Positions 31,332 to 42,069 of a stretch of 64,000 nucleotides of DNA are shown piece after piece. The position numbers were made by a program, and so were the translations under genes. The notes below the pieces were generated by a model. It was not told the origin of the DNA, did not search any database, and worked only from the letters and a program-made list of their open reading frames with translations. The first letter of the stretch is position 1. Each line of letters opens with the position of its first letter. Origin of the DNA: an uncultured Actinomycetota bacterium (GTDB lineage Bacteria > Actinomycetota > UBA4738 > HRBIN12); NCBI GenBank assembly GCA_963737525.1, contig CAVTTD010000017.1, forward strand, positions 515-64,514, written 5' to 3'.

Positions 31332-32189
31332 TCAGTCGACCTCGGTGAGCTGGCCGCGCAGGCCGCCGACCGCCTTCGTGTGGATCTGACACACGCGAGA
31401 TTCCGTGACGCCCAGGATCTCGCCGATCTCGGCGAGCGTGAGGCCCTCGAAGTAGTACAGCGTGACGACGATCTTCTCTCGCTCGGAGAGGGAGTTGATC
31501 GCGGCGGCGAGCAACCCTCGGGTCTCTTGACTCTCGACTCCCCACGTGGGATCGAGCCCCTTGTCGGCGATGGTGTCGATCAGCGCCACCTGGTCGCCTC
31601 GATCGCTCCCCGATGACACGACCTCGTCGAGCGCGAGCACCGAGACGAACGAGATCTGCGAGACCATCGAGTGCAGCTCTTGCCGGCTCATGCCGAGCCG
31701 GTCCGCCAGCTCGTCCTCCGAGGGTTGCCGCTTCAGCATCGCCTCGAGATCGGCCTGCGCCTTCTCGAGCTCCCGCGCCTTGAATCGGATCGAACGCGGG
31801 ACCCAATCCATCGCCCGCAGCTCGTCGATGATCGCGCCCTTGATCCTCGGCACTGCGTAGGTCTCGAACTTGTTGCCGCGACCCGGCTCGAACTTCTCGA
31901 GCGCGTCGATCAGCCCGAACATGCCGTAGCTCACGAGATCATGCTGATCGACGCTCGAGGGCAGGCCCGTGGCGACGCGGCTCGCGACGTACTTCACGAG
32001 CGGCGCGTAATGCAGGATCAGCTTCTCGCGCGCGTCGGCGTCGGCGCCGCTCTTGAAGGCATCCCACCGCATCCCGAGCTCGTCGTCGACCGCAGGAGGG
32101 ATCGTGACCGTCTTGGACGGCGAAGACTTCGCCGGCACTCTCGGTGCCCGCTCCGCCGTCTTGACCGCGACCTTCTTCGCCATCGCCAT
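31332..32189 (-). CDS. FliA/WhiG-family (group 3) RNA polymerase sigma factor
   Basis: Start MAMAKK 2 nt after the xerC stop. Region 2 (LILHYAPLVKYVASRV...DLVSYGMFGLIDALEKFEP) and region 4 (LTLAEIGEILGVTESRVCQIHTKAV). Same position as whiG next to xerC/rpsB in Streptomyces. Confidence 0.85.
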   Translation of the reverse strand: MAMAKKVAVKTAERAPRVPAKSSPSKTVTIPPAVDDELGMRWDAFKSGADADAREKLILHYAPLVKYVASRVATGLPSSVDQHDLVSYGMFGLIDALEKFEPGRGNKFETYAVPRIKGAIIDELRAMDWVPRSIRFKARELEKAQADLEAMLKRQPSEDELADRLGMSRQELHSMVSQISFVSVLALDEVVSSGSDRGDQVALIDTIADKGLDPTWGVESQETRGLLAAAINSLSEREKIVVTLYYFEGLTLAEIGEILGVTESRVCQIHTKAVGGLRGQLTEVD

Positions 32190-32190
32190 C

Positions 32191-33118
32191 TCAGGCCCTC
32201 GGGTGCGCGCGCTCGTACGCCTCGAAGAGCCGACGGCGCGAGACGTGCGTGTATCGCTGCGTCGTCGCAACGCTCGCGTGTCCGAGGAGTTCCTGCACAG
32301 CCCTGATGTCGGCCCCTCCTTCCAGAAGGTGCGTAGCGAATGAGTGCCGCAGGGTGTGCGGGGTCACCCGTCTCCCCGGCAGCAGGGTAGCGCCATACCG
32401 TTCAACCATCGAACGGATATCGCGCTCACTGAAGGGTTTGCGACGCTTATTGAAGAAGAGCTGTCGCGATCCGTCGGGCGCCATCGCCGAGCGGCCGCCG
32501 CGCAGATAGGCGCGGATCGCGTCGGCGGCATACTCGGAAATAGGTACTTCGCGTTCCTTCGAGCCTTTCCCGAGCACGAGCACGCGCCCTCGCCGTACGT
32601 CGATACGGTCGACGGTGAGGGTGGCGACCTCGCCGACCCGAAGCCCCGAGCCGTAGAGGAGTTCGAGCACGGCTCGATCGCGGGAGGCGATCGCGCGTTC
32701 GAAGGGGTCCGCGTCCCCGGCTCCCCGCGGCGCTTCCGCGAGGGCGTCGGCCTCGCGTCGGACGGAGCACGGTTGGGAGCCGGTTGACGACCTTCGGGCG
32801 CCCGAGCAGCAGCGAGGGATCGGTCCGGACTCGCCCGGCGGAGACGGCCCACCGGTAGAACGTCCTGATCGCTCCCACGCGCCGTGCGATGGTGGCACGC
32901 GCGTAGCCGAGGGTGTGCTGCTGCGCGAGGAACCGGCGAAGGAGCGGATACGGAGTATCGCCGAGCGATGAGCGGTTCCTCGTCAGGAAGGTCGCGAGCT
33001 GTCCGAGGTCACCGCGATAGGCGGCGACCGTGTTCGTCGACAGGCGCCGCTCGAGGGCCAGATGGTCCTCGAAGGCGCGGAGCAGGTCGACCTCGGTTCG
33101 GGGAAGTTCTTGGGGCAT
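32191..33118 (-). CDS. xerC: tyrosine recombinase XerC; one apparent frameshift
   Basis: N-terminal frame MPQELPRTEVDLLRAFEDHLALERRLSTNTVAAYRGDL...LPTVLRP. C-terminal frame ...EADALAEAP...LLYGSGLRVGEV...HTLRHSFATHLLEGGADIRAVQELLGHASVATTQRYTHV (RHRY catalytic residues). Shift at about 32751-32765. Confidence 0.8.
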
Positions 33119-33265
33119 GCACGCTCCCGGTGGGCTGGTTTCCCTGTGTACCAACCGGAAGGGTGGTACGCAAGCCCCCGAGTGGGGGGCTTCGTCATCC
33201 CGCGGCCGAGATCCACACCACTCGATGGAACCAGCCGGAGAGCCGACGGGGATCGGCATCAGCTC

Positions 33266-34394
33266 TCACGACAACGGCGCAGAGGACCGGTGCCTCCGTT
33301 CGTACCGCCCACCCACGCTCGCGATCAACCCTCGCAACTCGAGCTGGAACAGCGTGGTGACGGCGTCGGGGATCGACATGCCGGCCTCGCGAGCCACGGC
33401 GTCCGGCAAGGATCCACTGGTCAGCGCGTTCCACACCCTCCGTTCGCCATCGTCGAGGTCTGGTGGTGCCGGAGGCGGCGTGGCGCGATCGATCCCGAGA
33501 TCGTCCAGGAGGTCGTCGGCACCTCGGATGAGCGTCGCGCCCTCGCGGATCATCTCGAGCGGCGTTTCCGCCAGCGGACTCGTGACCGGACCCGGGACAG
33601 CGAAGATCTCCCGCCCGAGGTCCAGGGCGTGATCGACGGAGATCCGGGAACCGCTCTTCGAAGCGCCCTCCACGACCACCAGCGCTCGGGCGAGCGCGAC
33701 CACGATCCGGTTCCGCGCGGGGAAGTGCTGCGGCCCCGCGGGCATCATGGGCGGGTACTCGCTCACGATCGTGCCGCTCTGCCCCGATCCGTTCGAGGAG
33801 ATCTCGGCTGCTGGCCGGATACGCGACGTCGATGCCGGAACCGAGCACGGCGACCGTCCGGCCTCCCGCCTGGAGCGCGCCCCGATGCGCCGCGGCGTCG
33901 ATCCCGTGCGCCGCGCCGGAGACGACGCCGAGTCCGGACGCGACGAGCGCTCGTCCCAGGTCCTGCGCGACATCGCTCCCGAGGTCCGAGCACTTACGCG
34001 AGCCCACGATCGCGACGCGCTCGGGCGACTCCCCGAGCGGCCTCCCGAGCAGGAAGAGGCACGCCGGCGGATCCCGGAGGTCGTTCAGGCGGTCCTCGTA
34101 TTCGGGATCCGCCGGTGTGACGAGCCTCGCCCCCGCCCGCTCGACACGAGCGGCGGTCGCGCTCGGATCGACCTGCGGGAGCCATGCGCGGTCGCCGTCG
34201 CTTCCGAGCCGGCCGCGGCGAACGGACTCGACGCACGCGGCAGCCGTGCCCGTCTCCCACGCCGCCTCGTGCACCTTGAGCGGACGCAGGGCCCGCAGCT
34301 CCGACAGCGTCAGGATCGCCCGCCGTTCGTCGTCACCGTCTCCGAACCCCGGCGGCCACCCTCGGGGCGGCGGCGGCTCGGGCTCATCCGGCAC
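33266..34394 (-). CDS. dprA: DNA-processing protein DprA; one apparent frameshift
   Basis: GTG at 34394 overlaps the yifB stop. Rossmann-fold frame ...VAIVGSRKCSDLGSDVAQDLGRALVASGLGVVSGAAHGIDAAAHRGALQ...LLERIG, then the second frame QSGTIVSEYPPMMPAGPQHFPARNRIV... Shift at a run near 33782. Confidence 0.78.
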
Positions 34395-35922
34395 GCGCGA
34401 GTTCCTCCGTCCCGAAGCCGCTCCGGTACGAGAGCGCCTCGGCCAGATGGTCGGCCTCGACCCGATCCGAGCCCGCGAGGTCGGCCACGGTCCGGCCGAC
34501 CTTGATGGCGCGGTCGAACCCACGCCCGGTGAGGGCCAACGTCTCGACCGCTTTCGTGAGCAGGGTCTCCGCCTCGCTCGACAACGAGCATGTCCGGCGC
34601 GCGACCGGCCCGGGGAGGTGGGCGTTGCACGACACACCCAGCTCGGCCCATCGACGTCGCTGTCGGTCGCGCGCCTCCTCGACCCGCGTTCGCGCCGGCG
34701 CCGATGCCTCGCCAGGCTCGGAGCCGAGGAGCTCCTGTTTGGTGAGCCGTGGGATGCGCAATCGGATGTCGATCCGATCGAGCAACGGTCCCGACAACTT
34801 GTTCCGGTAGAGCTGGACCCGGTCGTGACGGCAGGCGCACTGCTTCAGCCCGTCCCCGTCGAATCCACACGGACAGGGATTGGCCGCAGCCACGAGCGTG
34901 AACCTCGCCGGGAACTCCACGGAGCCGACGGCTCGGGTGATGACGACCCGCCCGTCCTCGAGCGGTTGCCGGAGACCCTCGACGGCATCACGACGGAACT
35001 CGGTGAGCTCGTCGAGGAAGAGCACGCCGTGGTGCGCGAGGCTGACCTCGCCGGGCCGCACGTACGTGCTGCCCCCGCCCAGCAACCCGACGGTCGACAC
35101 CGAGTGGTGGGGCGCGCGGAACGGGCGTGCCCGGAGGAGGCCCCTCGATGCCCCGAGCAACCCTGCGACGGAATGGAGTTGCGTCGCCTCGAGGGATTCT
35201 TCTCGGGAGAGTTCGGGCAGGATCGTCGGGAGACGCCGCGCGAGCATCGTTTTGCCGGCGCCGGGCGAACCGACCATCAACATGTTGTGGCCGCCGGCCG
35301 CCGCGATCTCGAGCGCCCGGCGTGCCTGCGTCTGACCGCGCACCTCCGCGAGATCGACGGTCGCGGCGGCGAGCGCCTCGTTCGCCTGCGTCACGACGGC
35401 GGTCGGGGACCACGTCCCACGCAGGAATCCGACCGCATCCGACAGTGTTTCCGCGCCCACCACCTCGAGCCCTTCGACCTGAGCCGCCTCCACGGCGTTC
35501 GCGGCCGGCACGACGATCCCGTCCAGACCCGCTCTCGCTGCGGCGATCGCCACGGTGAGGATGCCGGGGGTCGTCAACAGCTCGCCTTTCAGGGAGATCT
35601 CGCCGGCGAAGACGAACGCGCGCAGACGATCGTTGGGGATCTGCCGCGTCGCCGCGAGGACGCTCATCACGAGCGGAAGATCCAGTCCGGGCCCTTCCTT
35701 CCGGACGTTGGCCGGCGCGAGATTCACGACGACGCGTCGGAGCGGCCATTCGAGCTTCGCGCCCTCGACGGCCGGCCGGATCCGTTCCCGTGCGTCCTGT
35801 ACGCCGGTTCCGGGAAGTCCCGTGACGATGAGCGCCGGGAGCCCGCGACCGACGTGTGCCTCGACGATCACGAGATGCCCGCCGACGCCGAGCACCGCCA
35901 CCCCCAGGACCCGCCCGTACAT
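34384..35922 (-). CDS. YifB/ComM-family Mg-chelatase-like AAA+ ATPase
   Basis: 512 aa; Walker A MVGSPGAGKTML, Walker B VLFLDEL, and the Lon-like N-terminal domain. Confidence 0.9.
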   Translation of the reverse strand: MYGRVLGVAVLGVGGHLVIVEAHVGRGLPALIVTGLPGTGVQDARERIRPAVEGAKLEWPLRRVVVNLAPANVRKEGPGLDLPLVMSVLAATRQIPNDRLRAFVFAGEISLKGELLTTPGILTVAIAAARAGLDGIVVPAANAVEAAQVEGLEVVGAETLSDAVGFLRGTWSPTAVVTQANEALAAATVDLAEVRGQTQARRALEIAAAGGHNMLMVGSPGAGKTMLARRLPTILPELSREESLEATQLHSVAGLLGASRGLLRARPFRAPHHSVSTVGLLGGGSTYVRPGEVSLAHHGVLFLDELTEFRRDAVEGLRQPLEDGRVVITRAVGSVEFPARFTLVAAANPCPCGFDGDGLKQCACRHDRVQLYRNKLSGPLLDRIDIRLRIPRLTKQELLGSEPGEASAPARTRVEEARDRQRRRWAELGVSCNAHLPGPVARRTCSLSSEAETLLTKAVETLALTGRGFDRAIKVGRTVADLAGSDRVEADHLAEALSYRSGFGTEELARAG

Positions 35923-35989
35923 GAGCGGCGGACGATACCGGCGACCACCGACACGGACCGTGTCGACCGGCGGCGGATAGCATCCGCCG

Positions 35990-37502
35990 ATGCCCGAGCC
36001 GCTCGACCATCCCGAGCCCGAGCTGATCGATACCCGTGATCCCGAACGCTCGCGCGCTGCCCTCGAACGACTGGGCGAGCGTACATGGGCGGAAGCGCTC
36101 GATTGGCTCTACGGGCCCGCGGCGGATCGCGCGACCGCGCCGGACCTCTACCCGGACCTGCGCCGTTCGTTCTTCGGCGAGAGCGGAGGGCCCGGTCCCG
36201 CGCCCGAGAGGGGTCGCACCTCCGACGAGGTGCTGACCGAGTTCCACGACCGATTGGCTCCGTTCGCGTACGCGGCACAACACCCCGGCTCGTACAGCTA
36301 CTTCACGCCGCCGCCGCTCGCGATGTCGATCGCGGGCGAGACCCTCGCGCAGTGGTTGAACCAGGGCATCGACGTGTGGCTCTCGGGGATGGCCGCACCC
36401 TTCGTCGAGGAGGACGTGACCCGCTGGCTCTGTGACCTCTGCGGCTACGGCGTCGGACTCCTGGGGAGTGCTCACGAGCGGCGGCGTGATGGCGAACATC
36501 ATGGCGCTCACCGTCGCACGGGACGTGCACCTCGCGAGGCTCCTCGGCACCGAGGAGCCACCGCGAGGCGCACGCCTCGAGGGCGCGCGCATCTACGCCT
36601 CGGACCAAACCCACTTCTCGGTCGAGCGAGCCGTCGACCTCCTCGGCTTCCCGGAGGGAACGCTCCGGATCGTTCCCTCCGACGACGCGTTCCGGCTCCC
36701 GACCGACCAGGTGGCCGCGGCGATCGTCGAAGATCGCGCGGCCGGACTCAGGCCGTTCGCGATCAGCGCGGTCGCCGGCTCGACCAACACCGGGTCGATC
36801 GACGACGTTCCGGCCCTCGCCGATCTCGCCGAACGAGAGGACCTCTGGCTCCACGTGGACGCCGCCTACGGCGCGGCGGCTCGGCTCTCGGCGCGCGAGG
36901 CGCACAAACTGCCCGCCCTCGAGCGCGCCGACTCGCTCACGGTCGACCCGCACAAGTGGCTCTTCCAGCCCTACGACATCGGAGGGCTGCTCGTGAAGCG
37001 ACGGGAGGATCTCCTACGTACCTTCCACCGCGAGCCCGAGTACTACGCGGTCTGGGGTCCCGAGGAGCGGCCGCTCCACTGGTACCAGTACTCGCTGGAG
37101 GGGACGCGGCGGTTCCGTGCCCTGAAGCTGTGGCTGTCGTGGAAGCACCTCGGCTCCGACGGCTTCGCGCGCCTGATCGAGCGCAACGTCGACCTCGCTC
37201 GGTATCTGGCCGATCGCGCGAAGGACCTCGGCTTCGAGGTGATCGATCCGGAGCTAGCGGTGGTGTGCCTCCGGCTCGCCTCGTCGAGTCACGATCCCGC
37301 GGAGGCGGACGAACTGCAGCGGCGGCTCCAGCGCGCCCTCGAGGTCTCCGGCGTGGGATGGCTCTCGACCACGACGCTTCGCGGCCGAACGTGGCTGCGT
37401 GCCGGCGTGATCAACTACCTGTCGACGGAGGCGGACGCCGACCGGATCCTGCAGACGCTCGTGGACGCGTCGCAGGGGGCGCTGGACGACCTCGACGCGT
37501 GA
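35990..37502 (+). CDS. group II pyridoxal-phosphate-dependent decarboxylase; one apparent frameshift
   Basis: N-terminal frame MPEPLDHPEPEL...GSYSYFTPPPLAMSIAGETLAQWLNQ...LCDLCGYG. Second frame ...GVLTSGGVMANIMALTVAR...AISAVAGSTNTGSIDD...DAAYG...TVDPHKWLFQPYD (PLP-Lys region). Shift at a G4 run 36464-36467. Confidence 0.75.
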
Positions 37503-37505
37503 CCG

Positions 37506-38583
37506 CTACGGCTGCCAGCGGGGGCAGCAATCGTTCACGGCATCCCCCGGCAACCCAGGCAGCATCTTCTGTGCCGACCCGTCCGCCCGCATCACGTAGA
37601 TCTCCGCGTGATCGGTCCGCCGGGTGAACACGATCGATCCTGCCGTCGGGTGACCAGTCAGGGTCCCCGTCCCAGGCCGGGTTCCGGGAGAGGTTCGTCG
37701 TCTCGCCTGTACGCATATCGACGACGAAGACCTCCGCGTCGCCGATCCCGATGTTCTCGGGCTCCGCGCCGTGGCGATACGAGACGTACACGATCCGGTC
37801 GCCGTGGGGGGACCAGGAGAAGCTCTCGTCCGTGGCGCGATCGGTCGTCAGACGTCGTTCGTCACTCCCGTCGGCATCGATCACGAACAGATCGGTGTTG
37901 CCGTGCCGCTCGGACACGAAGGCGATCCGGTCGCCGTCGGGAGACCATGCGGGCGACACGTCCTCCGCGGGATCGCGCGTGACACGCGTCCGGTTCGAAC
38001 CGGTCGCATCCGTGACGAAGATGTCGACGTTCCCCCCGACATCGGCGAAGTACGCGATCCGCTCGCCGTCGGGCGACCACGTCGGGCCGTGCCCGTCGTC
38101 CACGACCTCGGTGAGATCGGACCCGTCCGCCCCGACGCGGTAGATCCCACCCTCCGCCGCCTCGAACGAGAGCGTCGTGCCGTCGGGCGACCATCCCGGG
38201 GAGATGGCCTCGAGGTCGGTGACGTGCGCCTCGCCGGATCCTTCGGCGCCGATCACCAGGAGCGAACCCACGCCGAAGCTGCCGGAGAGGAACGCGATGC
38301 GGGATCCGTCCGGAGACCAGGCGCCGAACGGGTAGCCCGCCACGGTGTCGGTGAGGAGGGTGAGATCCGAGCCGTTGGGCCGCATCAGCGACAATCGGCT
38401 ATCACCACCGGGATCGGAATGGAACAGGATCCGGTCTCCGGCGATGCCGCCGGGCTCAACCGGCGACGGTGGAGATGACGGCGGTCGAACGACGGAAGGC
38501 GTTGGGTCGGGCGACTCTTGTGGGTTGCCCTGACACGAGCCCAGAACGAGCACCAGGAACCACGAAAGAGATCTCCATCGCAC
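37506..38583 (-). CDS. TolB-like beta-propeller lipoprotein; one apparent frameshift near the 3' end
   Basis: Lipoprotein signal MRWRSLSWFLVLVLGSCQG. Repeated WSPDG motifs (AWSPDGSRIAF, GWSPDGTTLSF, TWSPDGERIAYF, AWSPDGDRIAFVS, SWSPHGDRIVYVS, DWSPDGR). The C-terminus continues in a second frame (IVFTRRTDHAEIYVMRADGSAQKML...) to a stop at 37506. Shift at about 37630-37645. Confidence 0.7.
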
Positions 38584-38635
38584 ACGCGTACTACGCCCGT
38601 CCTGGCCACGACGTTCCCCCGGCCCCTGGACTTCC

Positions 38636-38986
38636 CTAGAAGGCGTCCTCGAAGAGCTCGAGGGTCGATCGCGCCCCGTGCACGGCCACGCTGGCCACGT
38701 CGAACCGTATCGCCCGAGGATGCGAACCCGTGGCCTGCAAGAACGCTTCGGCGAGCGCGCGGAGCTTCGCCCGCTTCCGCCACGTGACGGCTTCGAACCC
38801 GCCGCCGAAGACGCTCTGCCGTCGCGACTTCACCTCGCAGAAGACGAGCACTCCCCCGCGCTCCACGACGAGGTCCAGCTCACCGAGCCGACAGCGCCAG
38901 TTCCGCGCCACGACGCGGTAGCCACGACGACGGTAGCCATCCGCCGCGGCATCCTCTCCGCGTGAGCCGATCGGTCCGGTCGCCAC
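38636..38986 (-). CDS. yraN: YraN-family (UPF0102) endonuclease-like protein
   Basis: 116 aa; GEDAAADGYRRRGYRVVARNWRCRLGELDLVVERGGVLVFCEVKSRRQ is typical UPF0102. Confidence 0.8.
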   Translation of the reverse strand: MATGPIGSRGEDAAADGYRRRGYRVVARNWRCRLGELDLVVERGGVLVFCEVKSRRQSVFGGGFEAVTWRKRAKLRALAEAFLQATGSHPRAIRFDVASVAVHGARSTLELFEDAF

Positions 38987-38996
38987 GGAGGGGACG

Positions 38997-39665
38997 CTAG
39001 CCGACGAGACCGACAGGGATCAGGTCGCTGCGTGCCGGCGGCCCGGTGACCGCCGAGACCACGCCGAGACCGATCAGCGTCAAGCCGGGCAGCCACCGTC
39101 GCAGCGACGCCCGATCGACGGCGGCTCGCCAGCGTCCGTGAGACCCGAGCCGACACGAGGGCGTAGGTCCCGTCCGAGATGAACCCGAGCAGGATGAACG
39201 TGATCGCCGAGGAGGACGATCTGCAACGGCACCGATCCTCTCGAGACGTCCACGAACTGCGGCAGGAACGCGAGGAAGAACAACGCCGTCTTGGGATTCA
39301 GCACGTTCACCACGACGCCCTGCGCGTAGATCCGCTGCGAGGGAGTGATCCCTCCCGTTGACGTTCGGCCGTTCGTCACCTCGATCGCGGAGCGCCCGGA
39401 TCCCGAGCCAGATCAGGTACGCCGCGCCCGCGTACTTCACGATCCCGAACGACAACGCCGAGGAGGCGAGGATCGCCGAGAGACCGAGGGCCGCGGCGGC
39501 GACATGCACGATCGATCCCGTGTGGATCCCCAGCACCGAAACCAGCCCTGCCGCCCTTCCCTGGTCCATCGATCGCGTGACGATGTAGAGCACGGACGGC
39601 CCCGGCACGATGAGGAGCGCCAGCGACGCCACGGCGAACGCTGCGAAGACCTCGGGCGAAGGCAT
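38997..39665 (-). pseudogene. LysE/RhtB-family amino-acid exporter, interrupted by three frame changes
   Basis: Four segments across three frames:
- MPSPEVFAAFAVASLALLIVPGPSVLYIVTRS...YLIWLGIRALRDRG (39665 downward)
- ITPSQRIYAQGVVVNVLNPKTALFFLAFLPQFV...LQIVLLG
- ITFILLGFISDGTYALVSARVSRTLASRR
- ...RRWLPGLTLIGLGVVSAVTG (back in the first frame)

Joins at about 39340-39400, 39200-39212 and 39094-39107. Start overlaps the DUF2469 stop (TGATG). Confidence 0.5.
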
Positions 39666-39973
39666 CAGACGGCCGGAGAGTCGGGGATCGACGTGGCGTC
39701 CTGGCGGAGCTCCTCGACGTTGACGTCGTGCCGCGTGACCACGCGGACCGATGACACGAAACGAGCGGGACGGAACATGTCCCACACCCATGCGTCGCTG
39801 AGCTCCACGCGGACCCAGCCGCCGTCGAGATGCTCGATCTCCACCTTGTTGGCGAGGTAGAAGCGACGCTCCGTCTCGATCACGTAGGCGAACATCGGGA
39901 GGACGTCGCGGTACTCGCGGTAGAGCTCGAGCTCCCGCTCTTCCTCGAAGCGTTCGATGTCGTCCTCGTTCAT
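39665..39973 (-). CDS. DUF2469-family protein
   Basis: 102 aa: MNEDDIERFEEERELELYREYRDVLPMFAYVIETERRFYLANKVEIEHLDGGWVRVEL... Same position (downstream of rnhB) as the mycobacterial DUF2469 gene. ATGA overlap with the rnhB stop. Confidence 0.75.
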   Translation of the reverse strand: MNEDDIERFEEERELELYREYRDVLPMFAYVIETERRFYLANKVEIEHLDGGWVRVELSDAWVWDMFRPARFVSSVRVVTRHDVNVEELRQDATSIPDSPAV

Positions 39974-40674
39974 GGGGTCATGCTCTCACGCGGGGTCGCT
40001 TCCCAGGACGGGAGGCCGATGGACCGGTCCATCCCCGGAAGCAGCGGCTGACCCACGCACGCGAACGACAGCCGGTGGATCGGCGTAGGCCCGAGGCGGT
40101 CGAGCACGTCGAGGTGCTCCGGTGTGCCGTAGCCCACGTTGTGATCGAAGCCGAACGCCGGGTAGCGGCGATGCATGCGGACCATGATCCGGTCCCTGGT
40201 CACCTTCGCGACGATCGAGGCCGCCGCGACCGAGACCGCCACGGCGTCTCCCTTCTTCATCGCGAGCGATGGACACGGCATCCGGGGCACGGGGAACCCG
40301 TCGGTGAGTGCGTATTCGGGCGCCGGATCGAGAGCACGGACGCAACGGCGCAGCAGGGCGACGTTCGAACGGTGGAGTCCACGGCTGTCGATGACGCCGG
40401 GCTCTACCTTGGCAACGGCGAACGTCGCGACGGCGACGATCCGCTCGTACGCGGACTCCCGCTGGTTGCGTGTCAAGACTTTCGAGTCGTCGATCCCCTC
40501 GGGGTCGAACCCGTCGGGAAGCACAACCGCCGCCGCCACGAGCGGGCCGGCGAGCGCGCCGCGACCCGCTTCGTCTGCGCCGGCGACACGCGTGAACCCT
40601 TGTTCGCGCAGCGCACGCTCGTAGCGGACGAGGTCGCCGGTCAGTCGATCCCCCCGATCCGTCCGAGGGGCCAC
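39970..40674 (-). CDS. rnhB: ribonuclease HII
   Basis: GTG start about 34 nt inside the lepB 3' end. VAGADEAGRGALAGPLVAAAVVLP...DDSKVLTRNQRE is the RNase HII active-site region. Confidence 0.85.
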   Translation of the reverse strand: MAPRTDRGDRLTGDLVRYERALREQGFTRVAGADEAGRGALAGPLVAAAVVLPDGFDPEGIDDSKVLTRNQRESAYERIVAVATFAVAKVEPGVIDSRGLHRSNVALLRRCVRALDPAPEYALTDGFPVPRMPCPSLAMKKGDAVAVSVAAASIVAKVTRDRIMVRMHRRYPAFGFDHNVGYGTPEHLDVLDRLGPTPIHRLSFACVGQPLLPGMDRSIGLPSWEATPRESMTP

Positions 40675-41364
40675 GCGATCACGAACGCTTCCCCGATCAC
40701 CTTGTCCTCCGGCACGTACCCTAGCCCGCCCGGTGGCGGGAACCTCGAATCTCCCGAATGCATCCGGTTGTCCCCCAGCACGAAGAGCATGCCATCCGGC
40801 ACCGTCTCGGGACCGAAGTCCCGCGAATCCCGTTCCGGGGCAAGGTACGGCTCGCGAACCCGAGCTCCGTTGACGAACAGCACGCCGCGGCGGATCTCCC
40901 ACGTGTCGCCAGGTAGGGCGATGACACGCTTGATGAAGTCGTCGTCCTCCGGCCTGCGCGACACCGATCCCCTCCCCCAACCAATGGGCGAAGCCGCCGA
41001 CGAGCCCTCGGTCCTCATGGGGGGCGGGATGGGGATCGGAGAACACGACCACATCGCCGTACGTGATGTCGGAGAACAGCTTGCAGATCCGGCAGACCAG
41101 GATCCGGTCGCCGGGTTGCAGGGTTGGCTCCATCGACCCGGAGGGGATGAAGAACGCCTGGACGAGGAAGCTCTTGATGAGGATGGCCAGCACGAGCGCG
41201 GCCAGGACGAGCGGCACGAATTCCCGGAGGGCGCCCGCGAGACCCTGCGGCTCGTGGCGCCGGCGATCCGCGCGCTCGTTCGTCGATACGACGGCAGTCT
41301 CAGTCTGAGGCGTCTGGGGTGGAGCCGGGCCGGCCGCCTCGGCCGGGTCCCGCGGCTCGGCCAC
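40641..41364 (-). CDS. lepB: signal peptidase I; one apparent frameshift
   Basis: N-terminal frame ...LVQAFFIPSGSMEPTLQPGDRILV...VVFSDP...GEGIGVAQ (catalytic Ser box). Second frame PEDDDFIKRVIALPGDTWEI...LFVLGDNRMHSGDSRF. Shift at about 40946-40960. The ATG directly abuts the rplS stop. Confidence 0.8.
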
Positions 41365-41964
41365 TCAGGCCTCGGCTCGCTCCTCCGCCTTGTCGGCGGA
41401 TGCGTCCTGCTCGATCTCCGCCACGGTTCCGTCCTCCGCCGGGTCCGGTTCCGGGGCGGGCTCCTCCGTCTCGGCGTCGGCGGTGTCGGAAGCGGCATCC
41501 GGATCGAGCTCGGCGGCGGTCTCCGCTCCCTCGATCGCGTCCATGGATCCCTCTTCGACGGCGTCCTCGATCGCCTCGTCCTCGGCGGTCATCGCCTCCA
41601 TCGCCGCGAGCTTCGCCTCGTCGATCCGCCGCTCCTTGATCCGCGCCTTCTTCCCTCGAAGGTCTCGGAGGTAGTAGAGCTTCGCCCTCCGGACGTGACC
41701 TCGCTGCACGACCTCGAGCTTGGCGATCGAGGGGGAATGCAGCGGGAACGTGCGCTCGACTCCCACGCCGAAGGAGATCTTCCGAACCGTGAACGTCTCT
41801 CGCAGGCCCCCGCCCGAACGCCGGATCACGACGCCCTGGAACACCTGCACGCGCTCTCGGTTCCCCTCCACGACCCGCGCGTGCACCTTGACGGTGTCGC
41901 CCGGGCGGAACAGCGGGAGTCCTTTGCGCAGGTACGACTGCTCGACGAGATCGGTCGTGTTCAT
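41365..41964 (-). CDS. rplS: 50S ribosomal protein L19 with ~85-aa acidic C-terminal extension
   Basis: [78 protein letters not shown]... is an L19 core. It is followed by a D/E/A-rich tail to the stop at 41365. Confidence 0.9.
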
Positions 41965-42069
41965 GGCGGCGAGCAAGGATACCAGCGGCACCTCCACGCC
42001 CCGTCGCCGTGCTGCTGTGCCGAGACCGTGGTAACCGTTGCGAGGGAGTGACGACCGTATCGCGACGAG

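Noticed and set aside
32191-33118. xerC, as a mobile-element integrase.
   Set aside because: It sits in the conserved chromosomal position beside dprA and the sigma factor. No att-like repeats or cargo; it is the housekeeping dimer-resolution recombinase.
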